Origin: Eledone cirrhosa
Lineage: Eukaryota
DNA length: 64,000 nt
Assembly (NCBI GenBank): GCA_964016885.1
Contig: OZ024744.1
Span: forward strand, 101,246,001-101,310,000
Direction of reading: 5' to 3'
Position 1 is the stretch's first letter; every line of letters starts with the position of its first letter. Position numbers and translations under genes: made by a program. The notes under the pieces are model-generated. The model made no database searches. It was not told where the DNA came from and worked only from the letters and a program-made list of their open reading frames with translations. This document shows, one piece after another, positions 50,660 through 63,807 of the stretch.

Positions 50660-51639
50660 TGATGTTGATCTTTATTTTTAAGAAAAAGCGCCATTAAACT
50701 TGGATTTGATTTTAAAATAGTTAAAATCTGAGTTTGTTGCTGTGGTGATTGTGGATTTTTCAATACTTGCGTTAACTGCTGCATAGAAGCTTTTGATTGA
50801 ATTTGATTCATACCAGGGTTTATTGGAGCACCAAGTTGTTGTGGCTGTTGCATCGGCATTCTTTGAGGTTGCAACTGACGCGGTTGTGGTGGTGGTTGTG
50901 GTGGAGGACCTTGTTGACTTGAATAATTTTGCCATGATTGCACCATTGTACCCTGTACAGATTGTGGCATGGGATTCATTGGTTTTGGTTGCATAGCTTG
51001 CATTTTAGCCTGTGGTGGTAAATTATTAATAGGTCCTGATGGCTTACCTAAAGAAACAGCTTGTCGCTGTGCAGCTTCTTGAGCCTGACGAGCAGCTTGC
51101 ATAGCACCTGGGGGTGGCCCCTGAGGTTTTCCCCCAAAGGGAGGTAATTGTGGCTGCTGAGGCATAGGCTGAACATTATTATTATTAGAGTTCCGTTGAG
51201 ACATAGTTTCCATGCGTCGCCTAATCATTCGTGCTTGTTGCAGTCTTTGTTGTAATTGCTGCTGCGTTAATTTATGTTTAATTTGGAAACAGAATGGAGC
51301 TGGACATTTGTTTTCTGTACAATGTTTTGCATGATAGCAGCAAAGTGCTAGCAACTGTTTGCAAATAGGACAACCACCAGTAGTTTTCCGTTTACATATT
51401 TTGGTGTGTGCTACCACACGTTTCATTCTCTGACAATTTGCCAGTCTACAATTAGCATCTCTACACTGATATGCATGAATAATAGACTGAATACATCTTT
51501 GAACAGACTGCCGCCGACATTCCTGAGGATTTTCTTGCTTTTCTGCTGATGTAGCTCCATCGTCAAGGTCAAATCCAAGTTTATCCATTTTATGAGGATG
51601 ACCTTCTTTTTCGTAACAAGGAACACAAAGATCAAAATC
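49846..51639 (-). CDS. CREBBP: CBP/p300 last exon: end of ZZ, TAZ2, NCBD/IBiD, polyQ, C-terminus
   Basis: ttgcag|GAT acceptor; DFDLCVPCY, CRDANC..CQRMK..GGCPICKQLLALCCYHAKHC, QQLTQVLKNPQSPQQQTQILTILKSNPSLMALF; stop at 49846. Confidence 0.96.
50551..50661 (-). repeat. Coding CAG/CAA repeat, 37 consecutive Gln
   Basis: 111 nt of ctg/ttg triplets on the plus strand. Confidence 0.93.
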
Positions 51640-51948
51640 CTGCAACATTAAATTGAAATGAGAAATATAAGTTTTATTCATCAACCATTTATATACATAT
51701 ATAAATTAGTCTAAATTTCAATTTTGTAATTTACCATCTTTATCACTATCAAATAGAATTCTAGTAAAAACTAACAGTGACAATACATATATTTTAGTTT
51801 ATATGAGATCAATTTTCTTTGGGAGAGATATCTATTTAATTAATAGTCTGTTTCAATAGATTACTGGTATTTTTATTGACCCAGTGAGACAAACATGAAA
51901 TAATTGAAACAAAATTAGAGTTGTTAGAAAAATAGCTATTCTACTTAC

Positions 51949-52230
51949 ATCACATTGTGAACAATGGTACCGTGTTTCAACAAGAGATTTGCAGTGATTA
52001 CAATTATAAGCAAAGCTGTCTCTTCCCTGATTATGCAATTCATATAGTAAAGCCATTGATGAATATTTGGCTCTTCGTAAAGAAGAAAATTCATAATGTT
52101 TTTCTCTAGCAATAGTAAGAAATGCATCTCGACCATCCATTAGATCACATGAAATTAAAGGATCTGGGTCTTCAATGTGTGGCAAGTTCCCTGCTGACTG
52201 TACCGAGTGAAGACGGATGACAAAAAAGAC
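51949..52230 (-). CDS. CREBBP: CBP/p300 exon: HAT C-terminus and ZZ start
   Basis: VFFVIRL...CDLMDGRDAFLTIAREKHYEFSSLRRAK...CNHC..RYHCSQCD; AG/GT, 282 nt, phase 0-0. Confidence 0.96.
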
Positions 52231-52406
52231 CTGAAATTTAATAAATACATTAAATAATAAAGGGAAAGAAAAATGATTTTGCTAAAATAACTCTGTAAAA
52301 GAATTATAGTTTTTTTTTTTTTTTTAAATAATTAAAAAAATTATGCATTTTAGCAGAAATTTCATATCAATTATATTGTCATGATAAAGTAAATGTGATT
52401 ACATAC

Positions 52407-52565
52407 TTCCTTGTGTTTTTCCATAGTGGAATATAACTTTGCTGAGAGATCATTTCCACCATGAGGAAGATTCGTTTTCTTATTATTTTTCCGTTGGTTG
52501 CTTTTGTTTTTATTGGCTTTTTTATTACGACCACTTTTCTGGCCCTTCTTTTTGCCCTGACCATT
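52407..52565 (-). CDS. CREBBP: CBP/p300 exon: Lys-rich autoinhibitory loop
   Basis: NGQGKKKGQKSGRNKKANKNKSNQRKNNKK...NDLSAKLYSTMEKHKE; 159 nt; alternative in-frame acceptor gives start 52577. Confidence 0.92.
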
Positions 52566-52827
52566 CTGAAACGATGACTACAAATATTTTAATAATTAAT
52601 GGTAATCTGTATAGATGAGAGGGGTTTGGGATTGGGCGATATAATTTTGATGTGTGTATGCGTGAATGAGATTTATATATATTAAATTTTTAAGTTAATA
52701 ATATATAATGATAGAAGGGACAAAGGGAGAGGGTGAAGAAGAAAAAAAAAAAAAAAAAAAAAAAAAGAAAGAAAGGAAAGAAAAGAAGAAAAATGACCAA
52801 ATAATTTTAAACTCTTACTGAACATAC

Positions 52828-53031
52828 TTGGCCAGCTTCTTCTCCATCGCCTTGTTCAGCAGCTTCTTCAGCTGCAGCAGCTTCAGCTTCCTCTCTTTTA
52901 CGCTTTTCTTCTTCTTCTTGGTCCAGCTCTTTGATGCTCTCCTCCAGAACATTAGGCCAAAAATCTCCTTCAAAATATGGCATTTCAGTTGCACTTGTAA
53001 GGTTGTTTTCAACTGCATCTTTTAATATGTC
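52828..53031 (-). CDS. CREBBP: CBP/p300 exon: HAT
   Basis: DILKDAVENNLTSATEMPYFEGDFWPNVLEESIKELDQEEEEKRKREE...; alternative in-frame donor gives end 52819. Confidence 0.93.
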
Positions 53032-53186
53032 CTAAAAGGTATATAACAACATTTTTTTTTATATATTTATTTTCAAATATTTTTTCACTTTTAAATATTA
53101 GAAAGAGAAAAAAAAAAAAAAAAAAAAAAAAAAGATTTCTGAGCAGAAATTCGGAATCATAAAAGAACGATATTCAAATTAATTAC

Positions 53187-53466
53187 CTTATAATCAATCA
53201 CAACACGCTCTATTATAGCCTTATCCAACATCTTTTTATACCACTCTTGAAGCCGTTTTGGTTTAGGGATCTTTTGTTCCGGAGGATGGCAGTGAAAAAT
53301 GTAATCATCTCCTTCACTAGGGGGACAAGCCCAAATGTGAGCCATTGTGTATCCTAATCGCCTAACATATTCCAAATAAGCAATTAGAATTTCATGATAA
53401 ACAGCCGTCCTGAGAGATCTTGGTTGGAAAAAGTGAACGCTATCCAAATATGATATATACACACGC
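53187..53466 (-). CDS. CREBBP: CBP/p300 exon: HAT catalytic core
   Basis: RVYISYLDSVHFF...HIWACPPSEGDDYIFHCHP...RLQEWYKKMLDK; 280 nt; catalytic Trp/Tyr intact. Confidence 0.97.
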
Positions 53467-54188
53467 CTATGGAAAAATAAAAATTAATATATATATTTAT
53501 CAAGGGCGGCGCCCCAGCATGGCCTCAGCCGGATGGCTGAAACAGGTAAAAGAGTAAGCATTTATAAAATTATCAATATCTAAGGCAAGAAACTTCATCT
53601 TGGAGTTTTTATTCAGAATTTACACAATCTAAACAATTTAGTGACTGAAAAGATTAATAGCAACTATCCATCAACTGTTTACTTTTGTTTATTCTAATTC
53701 AAATATTGCATATAACACCAAAAAACTATCATTGCACAGAATGTAAACAAAAGTAAGTGGATTTCTGGGTGAAATTTGGGCATTTTCGCCATAAATATCA
53801 GACATTATTAGAAAGGTACATAATTTAGTTTAATGAAATAACATTTTCAAATTTGACATTTTATGTTTTTTAATTAATTATTTGAATGATAAATTCTGCT
53901 TCATTATATTAGTGAATCACTATGTGTGTGTGTATATATATTTAATTTTGCAGGTTTCAAAGATTTTGATAAATTAAGGTATTTTTACTATTTTGTACCT
54001 GTTTTATATGCATTCAAGTTCAAATAAAAACTCACAAATTGTTCAGAATTCTTCCACAGCGTCTTATATCACAATTCTGTGATACTATTTGAATAACTCA
54101 TTAAACAAAATTGAAATAATTTTACACTTCAGTGATTTTAACTGTAGTTTTGAGACAGAAAAGGAGTAAAACTTAAAAATATTCCTAC

Positions 54189-54329
54189 CTTGTATTTGGC
54201 TGATTACAATCTGAGCCATATTCCTGTACATGCATACCAAAAAAACAAACATCTACATTATCTATTTCTTCAAATGCAAACATTGCTTTTGCTCTGTATG
54301 GAAAACTATCTGGCATATCATCTCCAAAT
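54189..54329 (-). CDS. CREBBP: CBP/p300 exon: HAT
   Basis: FGDDMPDSFPYRAKAMFAFEEIDNVDVCFFGMHVQEYGSDCNQPNTR; 141 nt. Confidence 0.95.
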
Positions 54330-54462
54330 CTATATAAAATAAAGTAAATATAATTAAAAAAATTTGGGGTTTTTTTTTAATCATTTACTTGTAAGAAAAC
54401 ACATAGATTAAACAAAAAAAAGGAGATACTAATTATTACCTAATTATTAGAATATTACCTAC

Positions 54463-54610
54463 CTGCTTTTCATTCCTTGCTTCACCTCGACTGTTTTATC
54501 AGAACTTGACAAAACTCTTATAGTAACTTCTCCAGCACCAGCATCTTTATTCTTAAGGAAATTATTTACACGATTCTCTAGATATATTCCAAGCTTCGTA
54601 TTCGGGAGAC
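54463..54610 (-). CDS. CREBBP: CBP/p300 exon: HAT N-terminus
   Basis: RLPNTKLGIYLENRVNNFLKNKDAGAGEVTIRVLSSSDKTVEVKQGMKSR; 148 nt. Confidence 0.95.
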
Positions 54611-56604
54611 CTGAATAATACAAAATATTAAACAGGTGAGAGAAAATGACATGAAAAGCTAAATTAGAGTGAATATAATGAGTATATATTTAATATACCA
54701 AGACAAAATAAAATAGAAACTTACTTTTGTCATACAACATTAATTTATATTGTGATTGTACAGTCTGTTTTGTCGGTCTGCCACACAAATACTAGTCAAA
54801 CTCAATCGTTTCAAAATACTATTTAGAATTCACGAAACAATGAAAAGTAAGGCAAGATCAGATCAAATGTTCTAATAAACGATCACTGTACTGTGTTATA
54901 TGTACATTGCAAGTATATTAACACCATCACACAGATATATATATATATCTACAACCATAGCTTTGTTTCCATAACTTATTTCATCAATGAACAAATAGTG
55001 TATTAGCGTATGATACACACATACACACACACTATATATATATATATATAGTGGTTTGCGGTCGATCCACTACATTTACTTATTTAATATATATTAATTT
55101 TGATTTCAGTATTACAGCAATTGGATAATAACTTTATCAAACTGTTTCAGAGACACCTCTGCACCTAACAATTGCCAAGATAATTTAGATAGTATTATCA
55201 AACAATAGCCATTTCACACCACAGGTAAGGATATGGGAGAAGAAAAAAAAGAGAGAGAGGCTTTTTTACTTAGGATTATTTGCTCTGAACACACCTCTAG
55301 ATGCAGTAATTTCTGGTGTTCAATCAATTTGTGTGAAATTCATTCATTCAACTTTTTTACTTTTCTGGTGGAACATAATGTGAAACTCTTACAAAAGATA
55401 CTGCCATATTTGTTGCATGTTGTCAAATCTTTATTCAAAAGTTTCTTTCCAACAGTCCCTTTAATTGGTCTTATGAAAGAGTTTGGTTTCCCTTGTACCC
55501 CATCTAAAGTTTCCGGAGTGAAATTTCAGAAACCACCATCACACCATTCACAAGTTAATGTAACTCTGTAAATGTCCAATTGATGTTTTATATAGCTTCA
55601 ATTGTATTACACACCAAGGTCTTACACTCTTACACTTTGACTATTCTGCCAGTCAACCCTTTATGATTTCTGCCTACTATATGAAACAAAGCTCAGGTCA
55701 ACACAAGGCTGTGATAGAACTTTCTCCAAGATGCCTAAATAGTAGGACCAAACTACATAAGCAATCATAGGCGAGGGAAACAACTTGCTTTAATTTTGAC
55801 CAGGTGTGCAGGTCATATTACAGCTATTATTTATTATTATAAACCATGATCAAGTTTAAATTTCCAAAGTTTAAAAAAAAAACACATACACATTATAATC
55901 AAAATAAAAAAAACAAGAAATCATATACAAGTTCAATCAATTTATAAATTAATAAATAACTCCAGACAGACACATGCAATGTGGAAAATACTTTGTTTTT
56001 TAATACAATGTAATCATTTTTGCCAAAAATAATGATTGCTGAATAATTATATTATTTTAAAATAAGTTCACTAAAAAAAAAGATGATGAAAGGAAGATGC
56101 CATTAAATTAATTAAATTTATTTAGCAACAGACATGGTCATACGAACACCACAAAAGAAAAAAAATATATTTCCCCTAGATTTTTTATAGCTTATTTATA
56201 ATGAAATTTACAAGTATCCTTTGCGATGTGGATATTGAAATCAATAAGATAATATCACTCAGTGTCAGCAAGAGCCCATACTAAGGATGAAAGGCAATGC
56301 TAACTCCATCAGATATATAATGAGAAGCAAACTGTATGTATTTCTAAGTGTTAGTTAAAATGGGGAGCATTTTATGGAGTTTGTCATGATCAGGACTAAT
56401 GCAAATGGTGGAAATATGTAAGCCATTCATAATGATTCCTGGTGGTAGTTTTGTGAACTTTTCCCACCGTATTCTTATTCTAGTCATTTAAAAATGAATC
56501 ATTAATCTTTTGATGGCAAATTTATTTAAAATTCATACTTTTATAAGAAAAAATCCAAGAACATCAAAAGTGTTTTAATTTATGTAAAAAGAGTTTTAAC
56601 TCAC

Positions 56605-56675
56605 GTTTGCAAGTATATTTTCCTTCCTTTTTACCCTGTTTACCTTTCGTCTTACAACAATTATCACAATAAAAC
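56605..56675 (-). CDS. CREBBP: CBP/p300 exon: PHD end
   Basis: FYCDNCCKTKGKQGKKEGKYTCK; ttcag| and |gtgagt; 71 nt; phases fit. Confidence 0.92.
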
Positions 56676-58547
56676 CTGAATGAAAAAATATATAAATTAA
56701 TAATTTCGAAAAGCTTTTTTTTTTTTTTTGAAAACAAAACAATATAAATAAAATCTGATTTAGTAAACATAGGTTTATAATATACAACTAACTGACAAAC
56801 AAAGATATCATTTGAGAGCAGAACTAATTATCATATTAGTACAATCAGATTTTAACAGGCAAAACAACTTAAAATCTATTAGTAATACTAAATTCAGGCC
56901 CATAATTTGTTCAATTATAACAAACCCAATATTAAAATATAACTATAACATTATATTAGGATTATAGTAAATAAAATATAAAAGAAGTGGAGTTTGTAAG
57001 AAATATTAACCTTAATCACAATTCTATAACTAAATTTAATTTGTCTCCTTTAAATTTCTTCCATAAAAGGAGCAAAAACAGCTAATAGAAAATATGTATA
57101 TAAAATGATTAGTTTTAGTTCAACCTAAAACTAAACATATTTAGTAGAAATGTTTGCCAAAGATCCTAATCAATAAAGAAACTCATAATAGAAACCATAT
57201 CACCTTGATATCGACAATATAAAATATTCAAAATAGAAAAAAAAAAAGAGGTGGGTGACATTCAGATTACAATACTTTTATTTATGCAACATTAAATATA
57301 TATAAATATATACACGCGTACCAATTATCATCATTGTTTATATATTTGCCCATGCCGGCAAGGGACTTTTTGAGGTAATGTTTTATGCCTTTCTGGCATC
57401 TACCCTTTTGGTTCCTTCTTCTGACACACAAGGATATGGTACACATACTCTAATATAATTTATAGCACGTTTTCTCCTATAATTTTCTATTTGACAATCT
57501 TATCTTAGATTCTTATATATTTCATGGATGTATTACTGAGTAGGAATTTACACACGATAAACTTTCCATGCATAAGTCCTATAGTTACATATACAATTGT
57601 ATGTTTTATTATTTTTTAAATAATAAAGAGGAACATATTTCATTTATTCAGTTAATCCTTTTAAATAGTTTGTTGCAAGTAATTATCAATAAAACTGAAT
57701 ATATATTATTTATCGAGCTGTATCTTTCCACTTCAGAATAGGTACATTGTTACCAAAGCGACTGATGGGCAGTGAGCCAAAATACACTACTTCAAAAAGG
57801 ACCTTATGATGAGCATGAAAATTTTCATGGTTAACTATTCTAGTAGGGGGAAATGACCCTAAAAAGCTTGCTGCTGTTGCATTGAAACCCATTGATTTTC
57901 CATGGGTACCCAATAAGTATATAATTGAAGGTTAAATTATTGGTAAAAATATGTAATGTTTTGAAACTGTATTGAAATGGAGAGTTTGATGCTATTTAAA
58001 TGATTTATAAAATGAAAAAAAAAGCTCATGTGAATATTATTTTAATTATCAAAGCTTATTTTAAATAGAATAGATAGAAATACTATAAAAAAAAACAATT
58101 GATCAAATTACTATGACTTCGTGAGAATGTTATTAAATACAACAATACAAATATAGCATAAGAACAGTAATTTTTGGCATGACAATTTTAAAGTGTTCAG
58201 ATAGAATAAAAAATCAAATATAAATCAATATCCTATGTTACATTTATAACTAACTGCACTAATATACGAGCAGCAATTAAATTATCTAAGCTTAAATCAA
58301 AACCAACGTTTACATTTAGTAATTTTTAAAAATTAGTAGAAGAAATTCTGATGTAGAAAATATTTCAACTTTTTCTTGTTGGATATATAACCATTATTAG
58401 GGTTAATGAAATGTTAGTCAGCAATTGGAAATATTTAAATAAGTCATAAGATCTGTATGAGACAAAACAAGTTTTAAAGAACTAAATATTTTTAATGTTA
58501 AAAGCTATCTTTAAATGTAAGGAGGGGGGATTGCACATAGCACTTAC

Positions 58548-58625
58548 CCATTTGGCCACAAGGGTTCAAAATATAAAGCACAGATTTGATGAAGTTTTCG
58601 CCCGCATTCTAAACATTCAACAAAC
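58548..58625 (-). CDS. CREBBP: CBP/p300 exon: PHD
   Basis: FVECLECGRKLHQICALYFEPLWPNG; 78 nt. Confidence 0.94.
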
Positions 58626-59066
58626 CTAAGGAACAAAATTATATATATTAATAAACTAAAAATAATGAATGAGAATAGTAATTGTCATAAATAAAAAAAA
58701 TTTAAATGTAAAAATTATTGAATTAGTTTTGCAAATTTAATTCAAAATCATACACAAAAATTTATACAAATGAAAATAATAATTTAATTTCACTATTTAA
58801 AAGTATTTCATATTAGGATTGAGCTACTAATCCACCTGGTTCTAATTACATGCTAATACAAACATGAGTTTTCAATTAACAACATTTACATATCATTGTT
58901 GAGGAATGTTCTCAGCTATATGAATATCATTCTAATGCTGAATAATTTTGCTGCAACTGACTTTCAATACAACATTAAATGAGTTAAAAATATCAAATAA
59001 ATTTCAAATTTTTATAACTGAGCATAAAATTTTACTTTTCAACTACAAACAGAAAATAAAACTTAC

Positions 59067-59123
59067 GGTTCCAAATCCAATTGATCATTCTTCATTTTAG
59101 AGAATGCATCCTTTTGTATCCGC
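59067..59123 (-). CDS. CREBBP: CBP/p300 exon: RING-PHD linker
   Basis: RIQKDAFSKMKNDQLDLEP; tacag| and |gtaagt; 57 nt. Confidence 0.92.
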
Positions 59124-60480
59124 CTGTAATAAAATAAAACAATATATTACTAAAGTTCTTATAACAATGACTGAATACAATATACTTCACAAAAGATAAA
59201 ATGTAACAACCACAATTGCTATCAATATTTAGAACATTCGATTTAAAAAAAGGAAGAGTATATTTTGTCATAGAGACTTATATTTTAGAAAATAGCTTTA
59301 CTTTTCTTTAAAATGTCTTATCCTGGATAATTTTTAATTGCTCTCACTAAACAACATATATCTAAGTGTGGTTGAAGGGCAACTTAAAATATGGCTAAGA
59401 AATATTAGAAAAAAATATCTAGAAAACTAATGGGTTAGATATGGAATGTTTCTAAAACAATTTACAAGGGATATAATACTGCAATTAAAATCAGACAGGG
59501 AAGAAGAGTAGGGTTAATAATTTTTATTTTTAATTTTTAAATAGTATTCTTTAAATCTACCCAATTTTGAATTATTAAATTATAATATACACATAAGCAT
59601 CAAAACATTATCTAAAAGGTTTATATAACAAAGATAGTAGCTAAATTTAACTTTAGTTACTATAAATGTAACCTAGTGATAATTGCAATATTTTGGAAAT
59701 TAAGATTAAAAAAGTAATACTTGTAGAATTAAGTTGAAAATGAAATGTTTAAAAAAGATGTCCAAAATTTTTTTTTTTTTAAATATAAATTAGCTTTTGT
59801 GTATATTAAATAAACTGATTTCTTTTCCTTTATTTTAAGTATTGTTCAAAGCAGTCCTGCATTGAATGCAGTAGGTTTCAATTCACATAATTATCACCTT
59901 GTAGTGACTGTCCGTGACTTGAAAGTACACGATCCTAAGAGCTCTGTGAGATTCCTAAAAGATTGAAAATAAAAAATAAGAATAACTGTATAAAGTCATG
60001 AATAGTACAGGAAAAATATATAATACTTTTTGTATGTGTGCATGTGTGTATATACACATACATACAATAAACACATTGACCAATATATGAACACACATAA
60101 ACAAGCTGATGCATAGACACACACAATGTACATATTTGTTCAATGCTGATGATTCATTCTTGATGCTGCTCTTATATATTTCTTTATTCAGTCAACAAAT
60201 AGAATATTCTGAACAAGCTAAAATTTCAGAGTTGCGACGGAATAAATAATCAACTTTAAACAAATAACTTTACATATTTCTCATCTATACACACAAACAT
60301 CAATGTACAAATACTATTAAACATAGAAATACATATATACATGTGAGTTTATTGGTAAATGTTTACACTTACTAATGGGAAGGTGAAAGCAATAGTCAAG
60401 TTGATATACTAGCTTTCACATTAACAATTTTTAAAATGTAAGTATATGTATTCATATGTGTGAGGGTGTGTGTGTGTGTG

Positions 60481-60526
<46 letters not shown>

Positions 60527-60599
60527 AAGAGAGATAACCAAAATTATGCAAAATACTAGAACTTGATAGACAATTGAGAATGTTATAATTTTCTAGAAT

Positions 60600-61340
60600 T
60601 TAGTAAGTAGTAAAGAAGACAATACACTGTTAGCATCAGGGAAATGGCCTGTGCTCAATGCAGTGAAAAGGAGGTAAAAATTCTATATGGTGTATCCAGT
60701 TTAACTTATGGATACACAAGAATAGTTAGTAGCAAGAACATTTGTAGAATTTATTCTTCCAAATGCTAAGAATGCTCACTAGCAGTAGTTAATAGATTTT
60801 GTTACTTGGGTGAAGAAATTAGAACAGGAGATGCATATACTGAATGCAACTTCTGGGAACTATTAATTGTGTTAGAAACGAATGGTTTCTTTATTAGACT
60901 GAAGGGTAGATTGGTTGATGTGTGTGTACTAAGTGCAATACAGTAGGATAGCATGAGGTAAGCTCTGAATGCAGATTTGCATCAGCTGGACAGAAATGAA
61001 ACAAATATGCACATATGTTGTGTAATGTTAGTGTACATGAAATGTAGCACAAATGAGCTGAGAGACAAACTGGATACTAGATGAATCAGATGTAGCGTGT
61101 AAGAGATAAGACTGCATTGTTACAGGCATGTGATGTATTTGGAAGTGCAGAGTGCTTAAAGTGAATTCATTCACTTTAAGCACTCTGTAGAAGAGGGAAA
61201 CTTAGAAAGTTATGGAACGAAGAGGTGAAGATTAAAGCTGAACTTCACAAAGATGGAAAAAAAAAAAAAAAAAAAGCTGTGGTAATTGGCAACATGCAGT
61301 ACTGATGAAGACCTGCCCACCAATGCGAACATGGTAAAAT
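60600..61340 (+). mobile_element. Old PHD-type RTE 3' fragment in a CBP intron (antisense to CBP)
   Basis: SGKWP, LWIHK, FCYLG, LKGRL, LDRNE, ELRDKL remnants. Confidence 0.72.
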
Positions 61341-62809
61341 ATTTGCGCTAATATAAGTTTAGATGAAAATATATCAATAGGTTTTTGGTTCACTATACTC
61401 TTGCTAAGTCTGAATCTAGTGTTCTATTCACTATCCTCCCATCTATCATGCTCAATCCTGTTCACTACACCATGTCACCTTTGGTCCATGTTTAATCCCT
61501 TCATTTTCATCTATTATCGTTATTACTCTGCCTATCTCCTATCACCCAGCTATCACTCTACCTATCTGCCATCACAGCTGTGAAACAATTGGATGGCATT
61601 AGGTCTTAATATTCAATACCCTCTAACACTAACCGTCATTCTCTCTCTCCGTGTGACTTATTGGTGACAACTACCATTTTTACTTACCATCACACATCTC
61701 TATTACTACTTGTTACTCACTCTTTCTTACCATCACACATCTTTATTGCTAGCCCATCATGAAGCTACCAAATACTAACATGTAGTAGTCACTGCCTCTC
61801 TTCCCTACCATCTATCACATTCATACTCCTCTTTCACCCATTTGGTCATTGTTCCCATACTATTCAAACTCTTGGTCATATTTGCATTGAGAAACAGAGA
61901 CTATATAGAGTAAAGAAGACTCTTTTGTATTGCAAGAGACAAGGTAACCTCTATCACTTAGTTTCACATCTATACTCATGCTCTATTTTCTCTCATGCTG
62001 TTAGTTATAATTCTCTTGAAAGACAGGTCAGTGTAGAGAGAACTGTTTAGTCTTGCAGGAAGCACGGCAACCTTTCTCTCTCTAGGGTCACAATAAAATG
62101 CACCCAGTACATTCTATAAAGGGACTCCAACTGCAAAGCAGAAACTTTGAATAAGAACTGACTCAGACTATGGCAACCCATGCCAGCATGAAAAGCAGGC
62201 ACATAAATTATGATGATGGTGATAGTACACCTCTGAATTTGAAATTGTTTGTTTTTTAATTTAAAATATACTCTTCCCAATGATAGCCAATTTAACAAAA
62301 GAAAAAAAAAAACTGACTTATCTTAGGAAATTTCCAAATAATATGAAAATATTAAATGTTGGTTTTTAATTGCATTTAACAATTTTTTTTAAATGTTCTT
62401 AAGTTAGTAATTCAAAGTCTTTTAATTAAAAGTACAAACAACAAAGGAACTAATCAAACATTGTACATTTCAAGTATACCAAGAATTCAAAATATTAGGA
62501 GATTAACAATCTTAAATGAAAACTAAAATATACATTAACAATCATGAGGGAGGAGAATAAAAGCAAAATGACAGCATTGTTCAATATTTATTTATTTATC
62601 ACATGTACACTTAATGAAATAAAAATAAATTTCAAAGTATCTGTAAAAACTATTTACAATTGAAAGACAGACACTAAAAATTCCTTACCTTTTCAACTGA
62701 TTGCCTTTGGAAGTTAACAAATAAAATTTTTGAATTTTCTAGATTATTTTTTTAAGAATGCCATTAATTTTTGTACAAAATGCATTCTAATTGTTAAAGT
62801 CATACTCAC

Positions 62810-62890
62810 GTAACAGGCTGGGATGGATCATCTGCTAATTCCACTTCCTCTCCTTGGATTTCTTGAAAACATTTTTCACAATATACATAT
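62810..62890 (-). CDS. CREBBP: CBP/p300 exon: RING
   Basis: YVYCEKCFQEIQGEEVELADDPSQPVT; 81 nt. Confidence 0.94.
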
Positions 62891-63505
62891 CTAAATGTGA
62901 CAAAATAAAAGAAAAAGTTTACATTTTTAAAATTATAAGCTTCAAATGAAATAAGACAATTTTAAAAAAATACCAAATAAACTATATTAAATTAACAATA
63001 CTAGTTTACTTCATTAGTGAGGAGTTGGTAAGAACTTGATATTGTACATTCAATAAAATCAGTGATACAAAATAGTAGTCACATTCCCAACACACTGATA
63101 GAAAACTATGGTTTTCAATGAACTAAATATAGATATGGTCGGGTAACTAAAATGAACTCTGATTTGATTAGATGGTTTGTTAGAATAGGGTATTATTTTA
63201 GACAAATCAGCACACAAAAATCTTATATGAATTAATACAACATCAATTTAGAATATTGATGATCACAGAAAGCTTTCCCAAAAAATTTAACTTTAAATAT
63301 AAAAGTATAATGATAGAATGTGATTGAACAAGAAAGGAAAAAATATTGGCAGAGAAAAAGTTGATAGTAATTTCAGACTTTCAATACGAAAAAGATTTAA
63401 ATGAGAAACCTCTTTTTTTGTGTAGCAGATAACAGTAAAGAAATATAAAATAAGAATTTTAAAATAAGTTAAAAGACTAGAAAAAAAAAAAGTATATCAA
63501 TTTAC

Positions 63506-63663
63506 CTGTTTTGATAGCTATAATACACAGCATCCCTTGGAATAGTACATAATTGTTTTCCATAACAACAAAGCACTTGTGGACTAAAAACAAATTTTCG
63601 GCCACAACAATATCCAAGGGATTGCATCACCTGATCGATCTCACCCTCAAAAACTTCAGCTAA
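63506..63663 (-). CDS. CREBBP: CBP/p300 exon: bromodomain end / RING start
   Basis: LAEVFEGEIDQVMQSLGYCCGRKFVFSPQVLCCYGKQLCTIPRDAVYYSYQNR; 158 nt. Confidence 0.96.
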
Positions 63664-63807
63664 CTGAAATACAAAATGAAAAATATTAAACATTAATATG
63701 GATACTTAAAATATTTTACTCTTAAAATTCAGGACAGGATGAGATTCAATAACATACTACTTTCATAAATATTTACGCATCTAAAAATTTATATTTTGGA
63801 ATCTTAC

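Noticed and set aside
50263-50996. Plus-strand poly-Leu ORFs
   Set aside because: Antisense shadows of the CBP polyQ exon.
53504-53556. GC-rich island next to a CBP acceptor as a regulatory element
   Set aside because: Looks like a truncated SINE tail (gccccagcatggcc...tgaaacaggtaaaagagtaag) following a TA run; no evidence of function.
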